Source: Eledone cirrhosa
Taxonomy: Eukaryota
Assembly: GCA_964016885.1 (NCBI GenBank)
Contig: OZ024740.1
Coordinates: forward strand, 62,062,001-62,126,000
Reading direction: 5' to 3'
DNA length: 64,000 nt
Shown: in pieces, positions 43,421-56,048 of the stretch
How the letters are laid out: each line of letters starts with the position of its first letter
Numbering within the stretch: position 1 is the first letter of the stretch
Notes under the pieces: model-generated
The model's input: the letters and a program-made list of their open reading frames with translations, nothing else
The model's database searches: none
What the model was told of the DNA's origin: nothing
Program-made: the position numbers and the translations under genes

Positions 43421-44200
43421 GTTTTATGATCAAAGGTCCATTTTGTCAAGTATAGGGTAACAAATATATATATACGGAATAATTTGTATATATACCGTTT
43501 GTTTTTCTTTTTATAATTATTTCTTCGTAGCGATTGTAACAAACCGACTCGACCCTTCTCCGCCATACATTACCAACCCCCATTATAAATCTCTTCAGTT
43601 ATATATCATTTTTATAGTTAATTACACCTATCTGAATATTCGAAGAATTTATTCGAATTATACTCGATTTGTCGTTTGCTGCAGTCATTGCTGCTTTATG
43701 TGTGCCATTTCCATTTCATGTTTCTTCTTGCTTGTGTTTTCCGACAACTCCCCCTTCTGAACCGAGTGGGTGTGATGTGATGTGATTGTTTGCACGTATA
43801 TAACAGCTGTTAAAAAGGTGGTAATGCTGAAATATAATAACTGATATGCTTCAAACGAATGTTCTAATTGTCATTTATTGAAAACAATCGTTTAATTTAC
43901 GCTCACAGCATAACTAATCTCTATAAAACATCTATGGACATTCCTTCCTTCGCTTCTTCCTCTTTCGTCCTGTGTGTTTAACTCTTCTATGATGACGACA
44001 TCGAAATGGACTGTAAACGACGTGGATATAGTACATAAACTTACATTCAGCGTCACCATTTAACCGAGTACCTTAAAAGACGTAAACTATCATCATCTGC
44101 CTTCTATGTTAATTGATGTTAAACGTAGCAATGTGCCTGACATAATTGATTATCCATTTCTTGACAACAGCAATCAGTAATTCAGGATGATGTTCCACTT
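42240..44200. promoter_or_regulatory. Putative CpG-richer, TE-poor promoter region
   Basis: Visibly more CpG than the flanks; GTCACATGAC (E-box), GCCGCCAT (YY1-like), GCCCCGCC + CGGAAG (Sp/ETS-like) near 43093-43108, donor-like CAG|GTAAAT at ~43180. Confidence 0.5.
43496..43566 (-). CDS. Candidate first coding exon of an unidentified host gene (MAEKGRVGLLQSLRRNNYKKKNK-)
   Basis: ATGGCGG start in the CpG-richer region; donor CG|GTATAT; frame-compatible with a 10-nt microexon at 42608-42617. Confidence 0.35.
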
Positions 44201-44275
44201 TAATCGTTACAGTCACCTCATCCGTCTCTATAGTCACCCTATCCATCTCTGTAGTACCTTTCATTATATATATAT

Positions 44276-44342
<67 letters not shown>

Positions 44343-47300
44343 CAGTAACCTTCCTATTTTTCCTATTGATACGTTCTCCTGTAACCTTCACTTAAACACC
44401 GATATTATTTATCATTACTTATAATCTCTATGTTGCTTGTTTGCGGTCGATTCTGTATTCCATTGTATTAAAAACAATTATTGTAAAATGCAGTAGCACT
44501 TATTTTAAAGCACTTCACTGGTACCTTATTAGTTTAATTCTATTGGCAGCATCAGTGTGGTTGTCGAAAATAGATTTCTTATCCTGACCCACTCGTGGAT
44601 CATCTACTTATTACCATCGTTCACTCTTCATCTAATGACATTCTAAAAATAAAATCATCTATATATAATTGGGGGTGTATATGCATGTTTATTTTTTTTT
44701 TTCGTGTTTTCTTTCATATATAAATATATATGTGGAATTTCATCGTTTGATGTCTTGTACACTGTTGATCCCACCCCTGAATGTACAATTTATAAATGCT
44801 GGTACTTCAGTTGCTATTACACACCCCTTTCAGACAAACTCAACAACAATTGTGTTACCCAAATCATTCTGGTTAATAATTCTCTGCATCTATGTTAAAT
44901 TTTCTTCAAAGGAGTTTTTCAGACCTCATTATTTTCCTTGGCAAGGTTACCGATGCTGACTTTGGCATAATCTGTGTAGTATCTTGAGACAACCAAAATC
45001 AAACAGTTCAATCGAAGTACATGATAATTCTCCCCCTCCCATTGTTTTGTTGTTGTTGTTTTCGATTAGGTGTGTGTTTTTTCTTCTCTTTTTCACAGTA
45101 TACAATCAGTATTTTTGTGTATGTATGAAAGTATATTTTTACGCTTACTTTTGTGAGAATCTTTCACTAAATTGTCGATACACCCACCAAATATTTTATT
45201 ACACTGCTTACGTGGTACATATTGCAGTCACTCATGTGTATATATATATATATAGTGTGTGTGTGTGTGTGTGTGTGTGTGATACAAACATGGACATAAG
45301 AGGCTTTCTCTTCCCACAAACATGTCTTGCTATTTATATTCTCTCCATCCAGAAATCGAATTCTGTTTCGATTATTCATATTGATTTTTTATGAGCTTAA
45401 CTGTAATTTTAATAGGCTTTGGATCGTGTGCACTTCTCTTAAGGACATCAGCTGCTTCCAGCATTTTATTCGTCCAGCGATGAAAGTATATGATGGTGTG
45501 TGTATATATGTATAGAGAGAGAGAGACACACACACATACAATCACATACTACACACACACACACATATCTATGTTATACGTATGTGTGTGTGTGTAGACG
45601 TTAAACAGTGATGATGATGCATATTCCCCACAAACTATATACCTTATAAATGGTTTTCATTTTCTTTTTTAATATTCTATTAATTTAGACTCGCCCAATT
45701 TAAGCTTGGAATGATATTTCAGTCATCGTGTCCTTTCACACGTTCACGCCCACTTCAGTCACCAAAATTCTATGAAACGTTCGTGCTAGAAGCTTGGTTG
45801 TGTGTGTGTGTGTGTAATCAAATTTGAGTTTCTAGCTGATACGTAGTTCCTCTCAGACGAAATTAGTTTTGAGCAATCACCTGCAGTGCCACTCAATTTC
45901 TGTGCCATAAACTTACGAGGAATACTTGCAAAATACTATTTCTATCTACATAAAAAAAATTTAGTTGAATGTTTTCTTAATCGTTTTGATACCAATTCGC
46001 CCTTGGTTCTATGCTATAAGACTTTATTTTAAAATTTTCCATCATAATTTTATGTAAGAACCTTTGTTATGCTCAAAACAAGTTTAATTCTTGAAACCAA
46101 ACCTCCCTGAATTTATGATACAAAACTACTCATTTTAAAAATCTATATTCCTATCTATATTAAAACCTTTCATCATAATTTTATCTTAGAGAATTTTCTC
46201 AACTAATGTTATAAATATCAGCTTACTAATGAAAAAACTTAGTTGTTTCATTAAATTCCATCAATTAAAAAAAAAATTAAATTACATAGTGAGGGTGTAT
46301 ATATTAATGAGAAAGTTATATTAGTAAATTGCTCCAAATTCTTGATTATTTTCAAAATCATTTGAAAATTATAGTCTCTGTCTTTCATTAAAAAATATGG
46401 TAATGAAAGGATTTAGACGTCCTGTTATAGAATAAATAACTAAATAAGATTCATTTTAATTTGGGTAATTTAAACATGTCAATCAACGTACAAATAATTC
46501 CGATAGAAATAAAGAGCTTGTCTGTTCTTTGACAGCTGATGCTATTTTGAATCAATATCTACAATGTAATTCTTTCGTTATCAGTCAAAACTAATAGTTA
46601 TGAAATTTAAGTCCTTTTCTAAAAGACATAGCAGGGTTCTTTTTTTTTTTTTTTTTTTTTTTTTGCCAGAAATCTTTATTTATCAATTTCTCTTAATAAC
46701 CTGTTATGATTTATAATTATTTTTCTTTAATTACTGTTGCCTTTCACTTCATGATAATTTCTGATCGATAATTATTTGGATCCTAAGTTTCAGAATGACA
46801 AAAATCAATTTTAACTTGACTTGGCAATGGGTTTTCGTGTTAACAGAACCTCGATAATTAGTTGGTATTTAATTTTTTTCTCTGTGATTGTAATAGCATT
46901 TGTTTTAAGCACGAACCCTGTAGATAGTTAATGTCACAGCAGACGTTTTTCTTATTTCCTGTTTAAATTTTTGGGGAGAAGTGTACACACTAATAAATAC
47001 AGACACCACATATACATAATGAAGAATTTATATCAGATATATATGGTTCAAAATCATCTACTAATCCTGTTTATAGATTTGCCAATTTTTCTCTTTTTTC
47101 TGTCCCCAAACTTACTTTCCCCAAAATTGAGAACCCATACTTTTATATTTTACGGACAGTTCTCACCACTTTAATTTTAATAAGACATTAGATGAAATAA
47201 ATTGTTAGAGGAGGAGTTTCTTCATAGGAAAAACAATTTTTTATTAAATTTCAAGATACCTTTACCTCACAGAATCCTGGGCTTTCTTGAATCCCACTTT

Positions 47301-48180
47301 GGGAAATATTAATCTAAACAAATCAAAGAAAAATGTGTAGTTTTATGATAATGGTCTAGTGGTTGGAGTGTTAAACTTATGATCACGAGGTTGTGGGTTC
47401 AATTCCTGACCCAGGCAATGTATTATGTTGTTGAGCAACACACTTCATTTCATGATAGGACTAGGGCCCCTATCATTAAAACATACAATATGAAATGCAT
47501 CACTCCTTATGAGATGCATCTTTGCAGGAGGCCAGCTAAACGTATTTAGGTGTGAGGTGTATATTCTATAACAAATATGCTTATTTGTAAAGAATTTTGA
47601 AATGTTAGTTGTTATTGCTATGATATGATGGTCGATTTATACTTGTATATGTGTTTTGTGAGGCCAATATTTTCAGCTTCCATTCTCAGGTGTGTTTTAT
47701 TTAGATATAGGATATTTTAACCATTTTTAGATGTTGGTTTTTAACCCTTTTAATACCAGTTCTCATAAAACCACCTGTGTTCTACAATACAAGACTGTTA
47801 ATTTTAAAGTGTTCATATTTATCTAAAGACCTTCCATCATAATTTTATGTGGGGAACATTTAAGTTATGCTCTAAACACCAGCTTAATAAGAAAGTTATA
47901 TTACTATATCTCTCCAAATACTTGATTATTTCCACTGTATTTCATCATAAATATAACAGAAAGGGTTAATCTCTCTGTACCTATCTACATGTTTGAGGTG
48001 TGCTGAAATTTAGATACACAAATGAAAATGTTCCATTGTAAACCCTGATGGGTTGTTTATTTACTCACTAGAGAGTTCGCCTTTGGTATGTGTGCCAAAA
48101 GCTAGTCAGTCTGTTTGAGTCTTTGGACTATTGATGATGGTTAGAAATCATTGATACAAGGAGTGAGTGAAATGGCTTTA

Positions 48181-48372
48181 TCCTTTAGCATTTACATTAC
48201 TCTATTTTTACCATTATATTTTCACGGTAAAGACTTTACCTCACATAATATTGAATCTATGAGATTTTGAGATCAATACCTTAACATCAGTATGAGCGGC
48301 TGGTTACAGCCAGTTTGAACAGAAAGAGGTAAGAGAATTCTGGCTGATACAGCCGGTTTAAAGGCTAAAGGG
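48181..48372. mobile_element. piggyBac-like MITE (family A)
   Basis: Similar to 29329-29549. Confidence 0.8.
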
Positions 48373-48943
48373 TTAAGCATGAAATTGAACTTGCTTTGAA
48401 GACCCTGCTTCTTGTGAGCTGAACAAACACTCTATTATTTACAGCTGTGTTTGTCTTGTTGAAATGTCTAAATAAATCCATATTTTGGCCAACTGTAGAA
48501 GCCATGCTAAAATATGGAACATATGAACAAAATAGGGTTATCTGACCTGTATTGTCTTTGATTGTGGCAACCTGTCCAACCCATGCTAGCATGGAAAATG
48601 GACATAAAGTAATGATGAATAAAGATGTGTATAGTTTTAAGATTTGAAATTATTTTGATGGGAGAAAATGTTAAATGCAATTATATATCTGATGATATTT
48701 ATTTAGCCTGATTCAGAAACCTAACATTATAATTTAGATTGGAATGAAATGTAGTTAGCTAACCATGAAATATAAAAACATTTAGAAAAGCAGAATTGAA
48801 TTAACTCTTTTGTTACATATTTCTAATGAAATATATTTCAATTTAATGAAAATTGCTGAATATTTTCATTATTATGTTGATATTTAGAACATTACTTAAC
48901 AATGGGTTCTTATATAATCTTATGATGGAATGTTTTAATTTAA

Positions 48944-49148
48944 TCCTTTAGCATTTACATTACCCTATATTCACTATCATATTTTCATGGTAAAGGCATT
49001 ACCTCATAATTATCTCACATAATATTGAATGTTTAAGATTTTGATATTATTTATTTTGAGAACAATACCTTAATGTCAGTATGAGCAGTTGGTTATGGCC
49101 GGTTTGAGAGAATTCTGGCTGGATATGGCCAGTTTAAATGCTAAAGGG
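48944..49148. mobile_element. piggyBac-like MITE (family A) nested in an older TTAA element (~48800-49211)
   Basis: TTAA flanks and terminal repeats. Confidence 0.8.
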
Positions 49149-49985
49149 TTAAATTTGAAAAATTTAAAACAAGTAGTTTTGTATGTTAAACTCGGCAGTT
49201 TCAAGAGTTAAAAGTATTAATTGCTGCAAAATGTAAATCTGAAAAAATCTGGTCAGGTAAAAATAGATGAATTAATTTAGTAATATTATGAAGTGATAGA
49301 GCAGGTGAGAGAAGTGATAGAATAAATTGAGGAAAACTTGTGACAGCTATATAAAACAAAAAAATTAAAGAATTTCCTGTAATTTGATGAAATGATTTTG
49401 TCAGACACAGGAAGAAATAGTTTACATTTGGAAAAATATTATTGTGTTGACAAGTCTACTATTAATGCCTCACACTCTCCAGTCTCTGGCCCACAAATGT
49501 GCTGTCTTCTCCCTTTACCTCCTTCACAGTTACTACAGTGGTTTCTGCTCCTCAGTGCTGGCTAGTCTCATGCCACCTCCACTCAGTCACTCTTGATATA
49601 TTCATCTCTCTTCCTCTCATCACCCATGTTGTGTTCAACCCCTCAAGCTCAACACTAACCATTACATCAAAACGTTCTTCCTATTCCAAAAGGAGTGGAC
49701 ATGAACCAGTTTAAATGGAAGATCAATGGCATTGATCTCTCTAATCTTGTAAGACCGGTGGAGACCATGGACACTGTCCATTCCTCCAGATTGACTAAGT
49801 AAAAAAGAAAAACCTTTGTGAAAGTTATAAATGTCAAGTAAAACAATTCGTATTTTGACACCAGTTCTCAAATCAGTTGGAAGAATGAGAATGATTTTAT
49901 TTGATTTAGTTGAATATGTAGAATATGTAGAATATCATTTTGTGTTTGTTCATTTACAATTTTTTTCCTTTATTTTACTGTTTAG

Positions 49986-50119
49986 TCAGGGAAAGAACGT
50001 CAGTGCTCATGGCCTTTTTCAAGGTTGCCAAATCGGAAACCTGCTTTGAATGTTTTGCAACAGAAAAGCACCCAAAGGTTAAATGGTGGACTGCGTGATG
50101 GATTCAGTCTAACACCCAA
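49986..50119 (+). CDS. Candidate internal exon of an unidentified host gene
   Basis: Pyrimidine tract + tttag acceptor; open frame SGKERQCSWPFSRLPNRKPALNVLQQKSTQRLNGGLRDGFSLTP; AA|GTAGGC donor. Confidence 0.3.
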
Positions 50120-50397
50120 GTAGGCAACAGCAAAATTTGAACTCATAAAAAGCTGGAAAAAATACTGTCAGACATCTCATCTCACACTCTAGACTCAACC
50201 CTGAAAGGCAAAGATGACCTTGGGGAGATTTGAACTCAAATAATCGGAGAAAATACTGCAAGGCCTTTTGTCCTACGCTCTAAAAACTTTGCCAACTAAG
50301 AGATCTATTTTTTATGAGACTCATAAAACTGTTTATAACAGCTACTTACCTGGGCTATTTTCTGTACAACTTCTACTTTATTGGAAAAGTACCATAA

Positions 50398-50573
50398 CTC
50401 TTTAGCATTTACATTACTATATATTTCACATAATATCGAATCTATGAGATTTTGGTGTTATTTATTTTGAGAACAATACCTTAACATCAGTATGAGTGGC
50501 CAGTTACTACCGGTTTGAACAGAAAGAGGTGAGAGAATTCTGGCCAGATACAGCCAGTTCAAATGCTAAAGGG
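50398..50573. mobile_element. piggyBac-like MITE (family A)
   Basis: Similar to 29329-29549. Confidence 0.8.
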
Positions 50574-51689
50574 TTAAGAAAGTTATTACAATTCATGCCA
50601 ATAAATCATTAATTCATTTGAGATTGGAAAAAATTCCCTAAAACTTGTGTTGAATCAAATATTGCAGGGTAATTTAAGTTAATATGTTTATAGTTGCTGC
50701 AGCTTTCATTGCTGACACTATGATTTGTACTTGAACCAAATGATTGATAAAGGCAGTAAATTGTTTAGTCATAAGGTTGTTGTTTTAAGTGCATCATGAT
50801 ATTTCTTCAGGTTCTTTCCACTACAATTTCAAATCCTGCTGAGGTTAACTCTGGCTTTCATTCTTTCAGTGTCAACAAATGAAGTCTCAGTCTCGGGTAG
50901 TGGTTAGATAGAATTGTTAGTGTCGGGCATGATGCCTTTCACTATCTCTTTTGGTCCTTTGTTTTGTAAGTTCACCTGCAATGTAACTGATTCTAAACTC
51001 TATCAGCCCTTGTCTTTTGTTTGGATGACATGTGTAGCATGGAGAAGGAAAAATTGCTTGCATGGGTAACTGTTGGTCTGCCTCTAAAATAAAAACAAAA
51101 AATGCATTGCCTTGGTCTGTGCCTTGAAGAGGAACTTTCCAGGTGCAGATCAATATTCTTACTCTCACAAAAAAAGAAAGGCAGACAGATCATGGCAGGG
51201 TTTAAACTCAGGGCACAGCAAGCCTGAACAAATACCACAAGGCATTTTGTCCAACAGTTTGTCTCTGCCAATTTGCTGTTGGGTTGGTAGCAAAAGATTT
51301 TAACACTTTTATCTTCTATTAAGATTGTTATTAAATCAAGTATCATGTTAGAACTTTGTGGAGTTTGACCTAAGTTCATACCTGTTTACTTGATAATTAT
51401 AATGATAGCTTTTTTTTTGTTTTGAAAGTCTTAGAGGAGGAGACAGGTATTTAATGTTGACTTTGCAAAATGCAAACTTGAACTTTAGATTTATGAGTTT
51501 TTTTTGCTCTCGCACTTTCTATCTTTGTTCCAAAATATTTTATAAATGACCTCTCCACTTTTAATAGAAATACTACAGATATTATAACTACTTAACTATA
51601 TATTCTGTTGTATAAAATGCACACTCAGAAATTTGACATTATAATCTATCTGCATGCATACGCATCGAAGGTATAAATGTAATAACTAG

Positions 51690-52260
51690 CATCACCATCA
51701 TTTTATGTCAACTTTTCACTGCAGCCATAGTTTGAATGTCTCATTCAAATCAAGGCACTATTTAATTAGAGATACTGTCATAGATGCATTGGAGAACCAC
51801 ATCTCACTGGTATGGTTTCTATGGCTCGACACCTTTTCTAACCAACTACTTTACAGAATAACTGGGTACATTTTATTATGACGCCAACACCACAGTGGTT
51901 GTTGTGTCTTTGACATGACTAAAGAGCCTTCTCTACTCCCCTAGAAGGTGGTCGTGATGGTGACACTACAAATAAACACCCAGTCCATCCTGAAAATGAT
52001 TGTGTTGGTGACACAACAAAAAGCACCCATTCCAGTAAAGTGGTTATGTGATGACATGACAAAAAGCACCCAACCTGTCTGTTGGTCATTTTGTTCCATC
52101 CTTTCAGGTTTTGGACTGGACTTTTCCAGCACAGCACTCTTCACTCGTTTCTTCATCATTTCCTTTGTGAGCTTCAGCAAATTGAAATCAGCTCTCACCA
52201 CATCTGCTCAGGTGGTGAGAGATTATCACAAATCACTGAAGCTCACATAGGAGATGATAA
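51690..52260 (-). mobile_element. Old RTE 3' remnant
   Basis: VVRADFNLLKLTKEMM...AVLEKS resembles the RTE C-terminus; tail minisatellite units. Confidence 0.6.
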
Positions 52261-54430
52261 ATGTTGAATACTTTCTTCTAAATATATTTTTCTTCAAAAT
52301 AAGGGTCTGTGTATCTTATACATTGGTGTAACTTATTACCTGCAAAATACAGTAAATCTATCTCTATTTTATGATAGTATGTTAGTCACAGTGTGTTGTG
52401 AAATCAATTTTTACAATTTGTATGGAACTTATTGAATATTTTTAATAAAAAAAAAATATTCACTACTCATCGAAATGGGTTTGCTCTGGAGTTATTTAAT
52501 TGCAGTTGATTGCTAAATGCAATGACTAGATCTAGATCATCTTTCGATAATAGAGTACTAAATATTTGAAATATGGTAGTTTGAGTCATATCTGCTAATC
52601 GGTTCTTTTTTTTTTTCTTTTGCCTTGAGTAAGAAGGCTGCAAAAGATTGGTTTCTTAAATCTCTGAAAAAAATCAACTGAAAAAACTGAAGCAAAACAA
52701 AACTAGTGCTTTTGATAAAATAAATAGCAGTCCCTTTTAGATCAAGTCAATGGATTTGAAATACCATTGGTAAATCTAACTAGACTGAACAGAATTATAG
52801 GACAAGCTAAGAAATAAAATTGCATGAAATAACAGTATTTTAATGAAAGAGAAATATTTACTCCATTAACCCTTTTGATACCAACCTGTCTGAAACCACT
52901 CTTGATTCTATGATGAAAAACCATTTGTTTTACGGTGTTCATGTTTAAATTTAAGCATTTCATTATAATATTTTTGTAAGAACCTTCTTTTAAGTTATGT
53001 TCTGAATGTAACTTAATGCGGATGTAAGTTGTATTACTAAATCCCTCCAAATTTTTGATTATCAAAAATAAAATTAAAATCATAGGCAGTACATTTCATT
53101 AAAAATATGGTAACAAAAGACCAAACCCAAGGTCATTTTTATTTTGATGTTTCCTGCATACCTCAAACTGTACAGTTGTAAGCATGTGCTTTCCATTTTG
53201 GCATGGGTTGGGAATGTCATTCTGAGTCAGTTCTTATTTGTTACACTTGTGTATTCCATTTTTTGGTTTGATTTCTATGACTTGATGCCCATCCTAATGC
53301 CAAATTAATAAATAATTTTTTTTTTCAAGTATCAACAAGTAGGTAGTGGTCCTATTAGGTAAATCTATGATGGATTAGCAAGATTTTTAGAGCATCAGGC
53401 AAATTCTGGCTCTTTAGCCTTTCATGGATTCTGGCAAATACTGGGGTCAATTTAAATGACTTTCTCTTCTCCTTAGATTGTTGACTTTGTGCTTAAATTA
53501 GAAACCATATTAGGAAAAGGGTAGCTTTATAAAAGTAGGTCTTAAAATTATGAACTCTGGTTTATTCTAAAATAGGGGACAAACTAGATTTAGAAAAAAA
53601 AAAAGTGTTTTCAGATGTTTAATATCCAATGTGTATATGTCTTGGACAAAGGTATGGTTGAGTGGTTAAGAAGTTTTTTTTTTTAATTATTGGGTCTTGG
53701 GTTTGATACCAGTATCTCAGTTTTTTACCATACCCATGAGTCAACCCAAGACTTGTGAGTAAAATTGGGTAGATGGACCCTGTGGAAGATTGTCAAATGG
53801 ACTGTACCTGTAATTCAAAGAGCCAGCTTCATTAATCACACTGTCATGCCGAATTACTCTGAATACGACCTTAACCTTTCATTATTTTATTTTGTAATGA
53901 AAGACATTGCCTATGTGTTTCAATTAATTTTGAAAATAATAAATTTGGAAGAATTTAGTAAAATAAGTGATCTTTGGAACATAACAAAGATAATGTAAAA
54001 TAATAATAGAAGGTTTGAATTTAAATATGAACTCTTTAAAGTCAGGTTTTGTATTTCCAAAACATAGGTAGTTTTACATGGTGGTTTCAAAAGGGTTTTG
54101 GATACACATACTTAGACATTAACTTAACAAGTAGTATATTCAGATGATTGAATCACTGGGACATCATTGAGCAGTTAATTAGCAAATGGCTGTCAACTGT
54201 TGGGACTATTTCATACATGGTTTTGGAACACCTGCTTTATAATTTTTCTTTTTTCACGTGATTACTTTTGGCAAAAATCTATGTGTATCCATAAAAAGGG
54301 TTGATACTAGCAAGGGCATCTAGTTGTAAAATACTGTCTCAAAAAGAGCCCCATAATGAGTCTGAAGCTTATTCTGACTTTAAAATGCTTGTATTACAAG
54401 AAGACAATATTTTGCTGACTACCTTCATCA

Positions 54431-56048
54431 TGTGGGGCTGGGAGGTTTTTACCGTGTTGCCTACACGGCCACATTACAGCGTGAACTGTGTGTTTTTTTG
54501 ACGTGACACCTACACGATCTCATTTGTTTCGGCCTGGATGTTGTGGCACCAACATAACTTTACATTGAAAGGGGCGGTGTGGATGGGGTGGGGGTGGTGG
54601 GACGGGGGTGTATTTTGTTAGAGATGCCTACTGACTGTAGTAGGTTTTACTTTGTATTTAGGTAAGGCGGGTCTTCTCTATTACTGAGTACCGCCAAAGG
54701 TCTCGGTCCAGTGACATTGTCTTGGAGAGGTGTAAGTGTGTGAGGTCGGAATTTATCAGCTTGTCCCAGGTTTTTCTGGGTCTGCCTATTCCGTGGCTAC
54801 CGTCTATCTTTATTGCCCTGCACTTTATTATACAGCTATTGTCCTTCATGCGCATCACGTGACCATACCAACGTAGCCTTCTCTCGAGTAAACAACATCT
54901 GATCCCTCTTATTTCTAATTTTTTCCTTAGTTCGTTTATGTTTTGCCGTTCACGTATATTACTATTACACATCCAGCGGAGCATGCAAGCTTTGTTCCTA
55001 TCTAGTCTGCGTATATCCTCTGCACACAATGCCCAGGTCTCACTGCCATGCAACATTGCTGTTCGTATGCAGGCATCGTACAACCTGCCTTTCATTTTTA
55101 GGGAGAACCCTTTAGCGGCTAATAGCGGTATAAGCTCTCTGAACTTTTTCCATCCAGTTCTGACTCTAGCTACTGTACTTTCAGAGCACCCTCCCCCAAT
55201 GCTGATTTTGTCACCCAGGTAACGGAAGCTGTCCACTATTTCTATAGAACCCTCTGCGCAGTTGAAAGGGCTAGTATTTAATGGGCACTTGCTGCTACTT
55301 ATTGCCCCAGAGCACCGGCCACATGTAAAATCTATGTTCTTAGTTAGCTTACCTGTGATCCCACTACATCTTTTATGCACCCATACTTTGCATTTGGGAC
55401 ACAAAATGGAGTTTCTACCTACGCCGTTCCTACACACTGAGCATGGCCACTTCCCGGAGGGGACCGCCGCCTTATTTTCTTTCTTACAAACTAGAACTTT
55501 AGTCTTAGCCAGGTTAATTTTAAGGCCTTTTGATTCTAGGCCGTGCTTCCATGTTTGGAATTTCTTCTCTAGCTCGGCCATTGATTCAGCTATGAGTGTT
55601 AGATCATCTGCGTATAGGAGTTCCCATGGGCAGCCGGTCTTGAACTCCACTGTTATAGCCTGGAGGGCAATAATAAATAGTAGGGGGCTAAGAACAGAGC
55701 CCTGATGAACACCAACTTTTACGCTAAACTCTTCACTACATGGCTTGTATAGCTCTCACAAGCCATTCATCAACACCTAGTTTTCTAAGAGCCCACCAGA
55801 TAATGGAACGGGGGACTCTGTCGAAGGCTTTCTCCAAGTCGACGAAAGCTAAGTATAGGGGTTTACTTTTAGCTAGGTACTTCTCCTGTAGTTGTCGTAC
55901 AATGAAAAGAGCGTCTGTGGTACTTTTGCCTGACACAAACCCGAACTGCATTTCATCTAGATCAATTCTCTCTCTGATTAGTTGCGCTATTACTTTTTCC
56001 GTGACCTTCATGACCTGGTCGATTAATTTAATGCCTCTATAGTTACCT
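54431..56048 (-). mobile_element. RTE LINE fragment, truncated at both ends, small internal deletion at ~55738
   Basis: ORFs 54658-55650 (YADD, Cys finger, C-terminus in one frame) and 55736-56011. Confidence 0.95.

Noticed and set aside
47350-47415. tRNA gene (also ~56640-56695 and 9643-9674)
   Set aside because: A/B-box remnants without a cloverleaf; these are SINE heads or a PBS.
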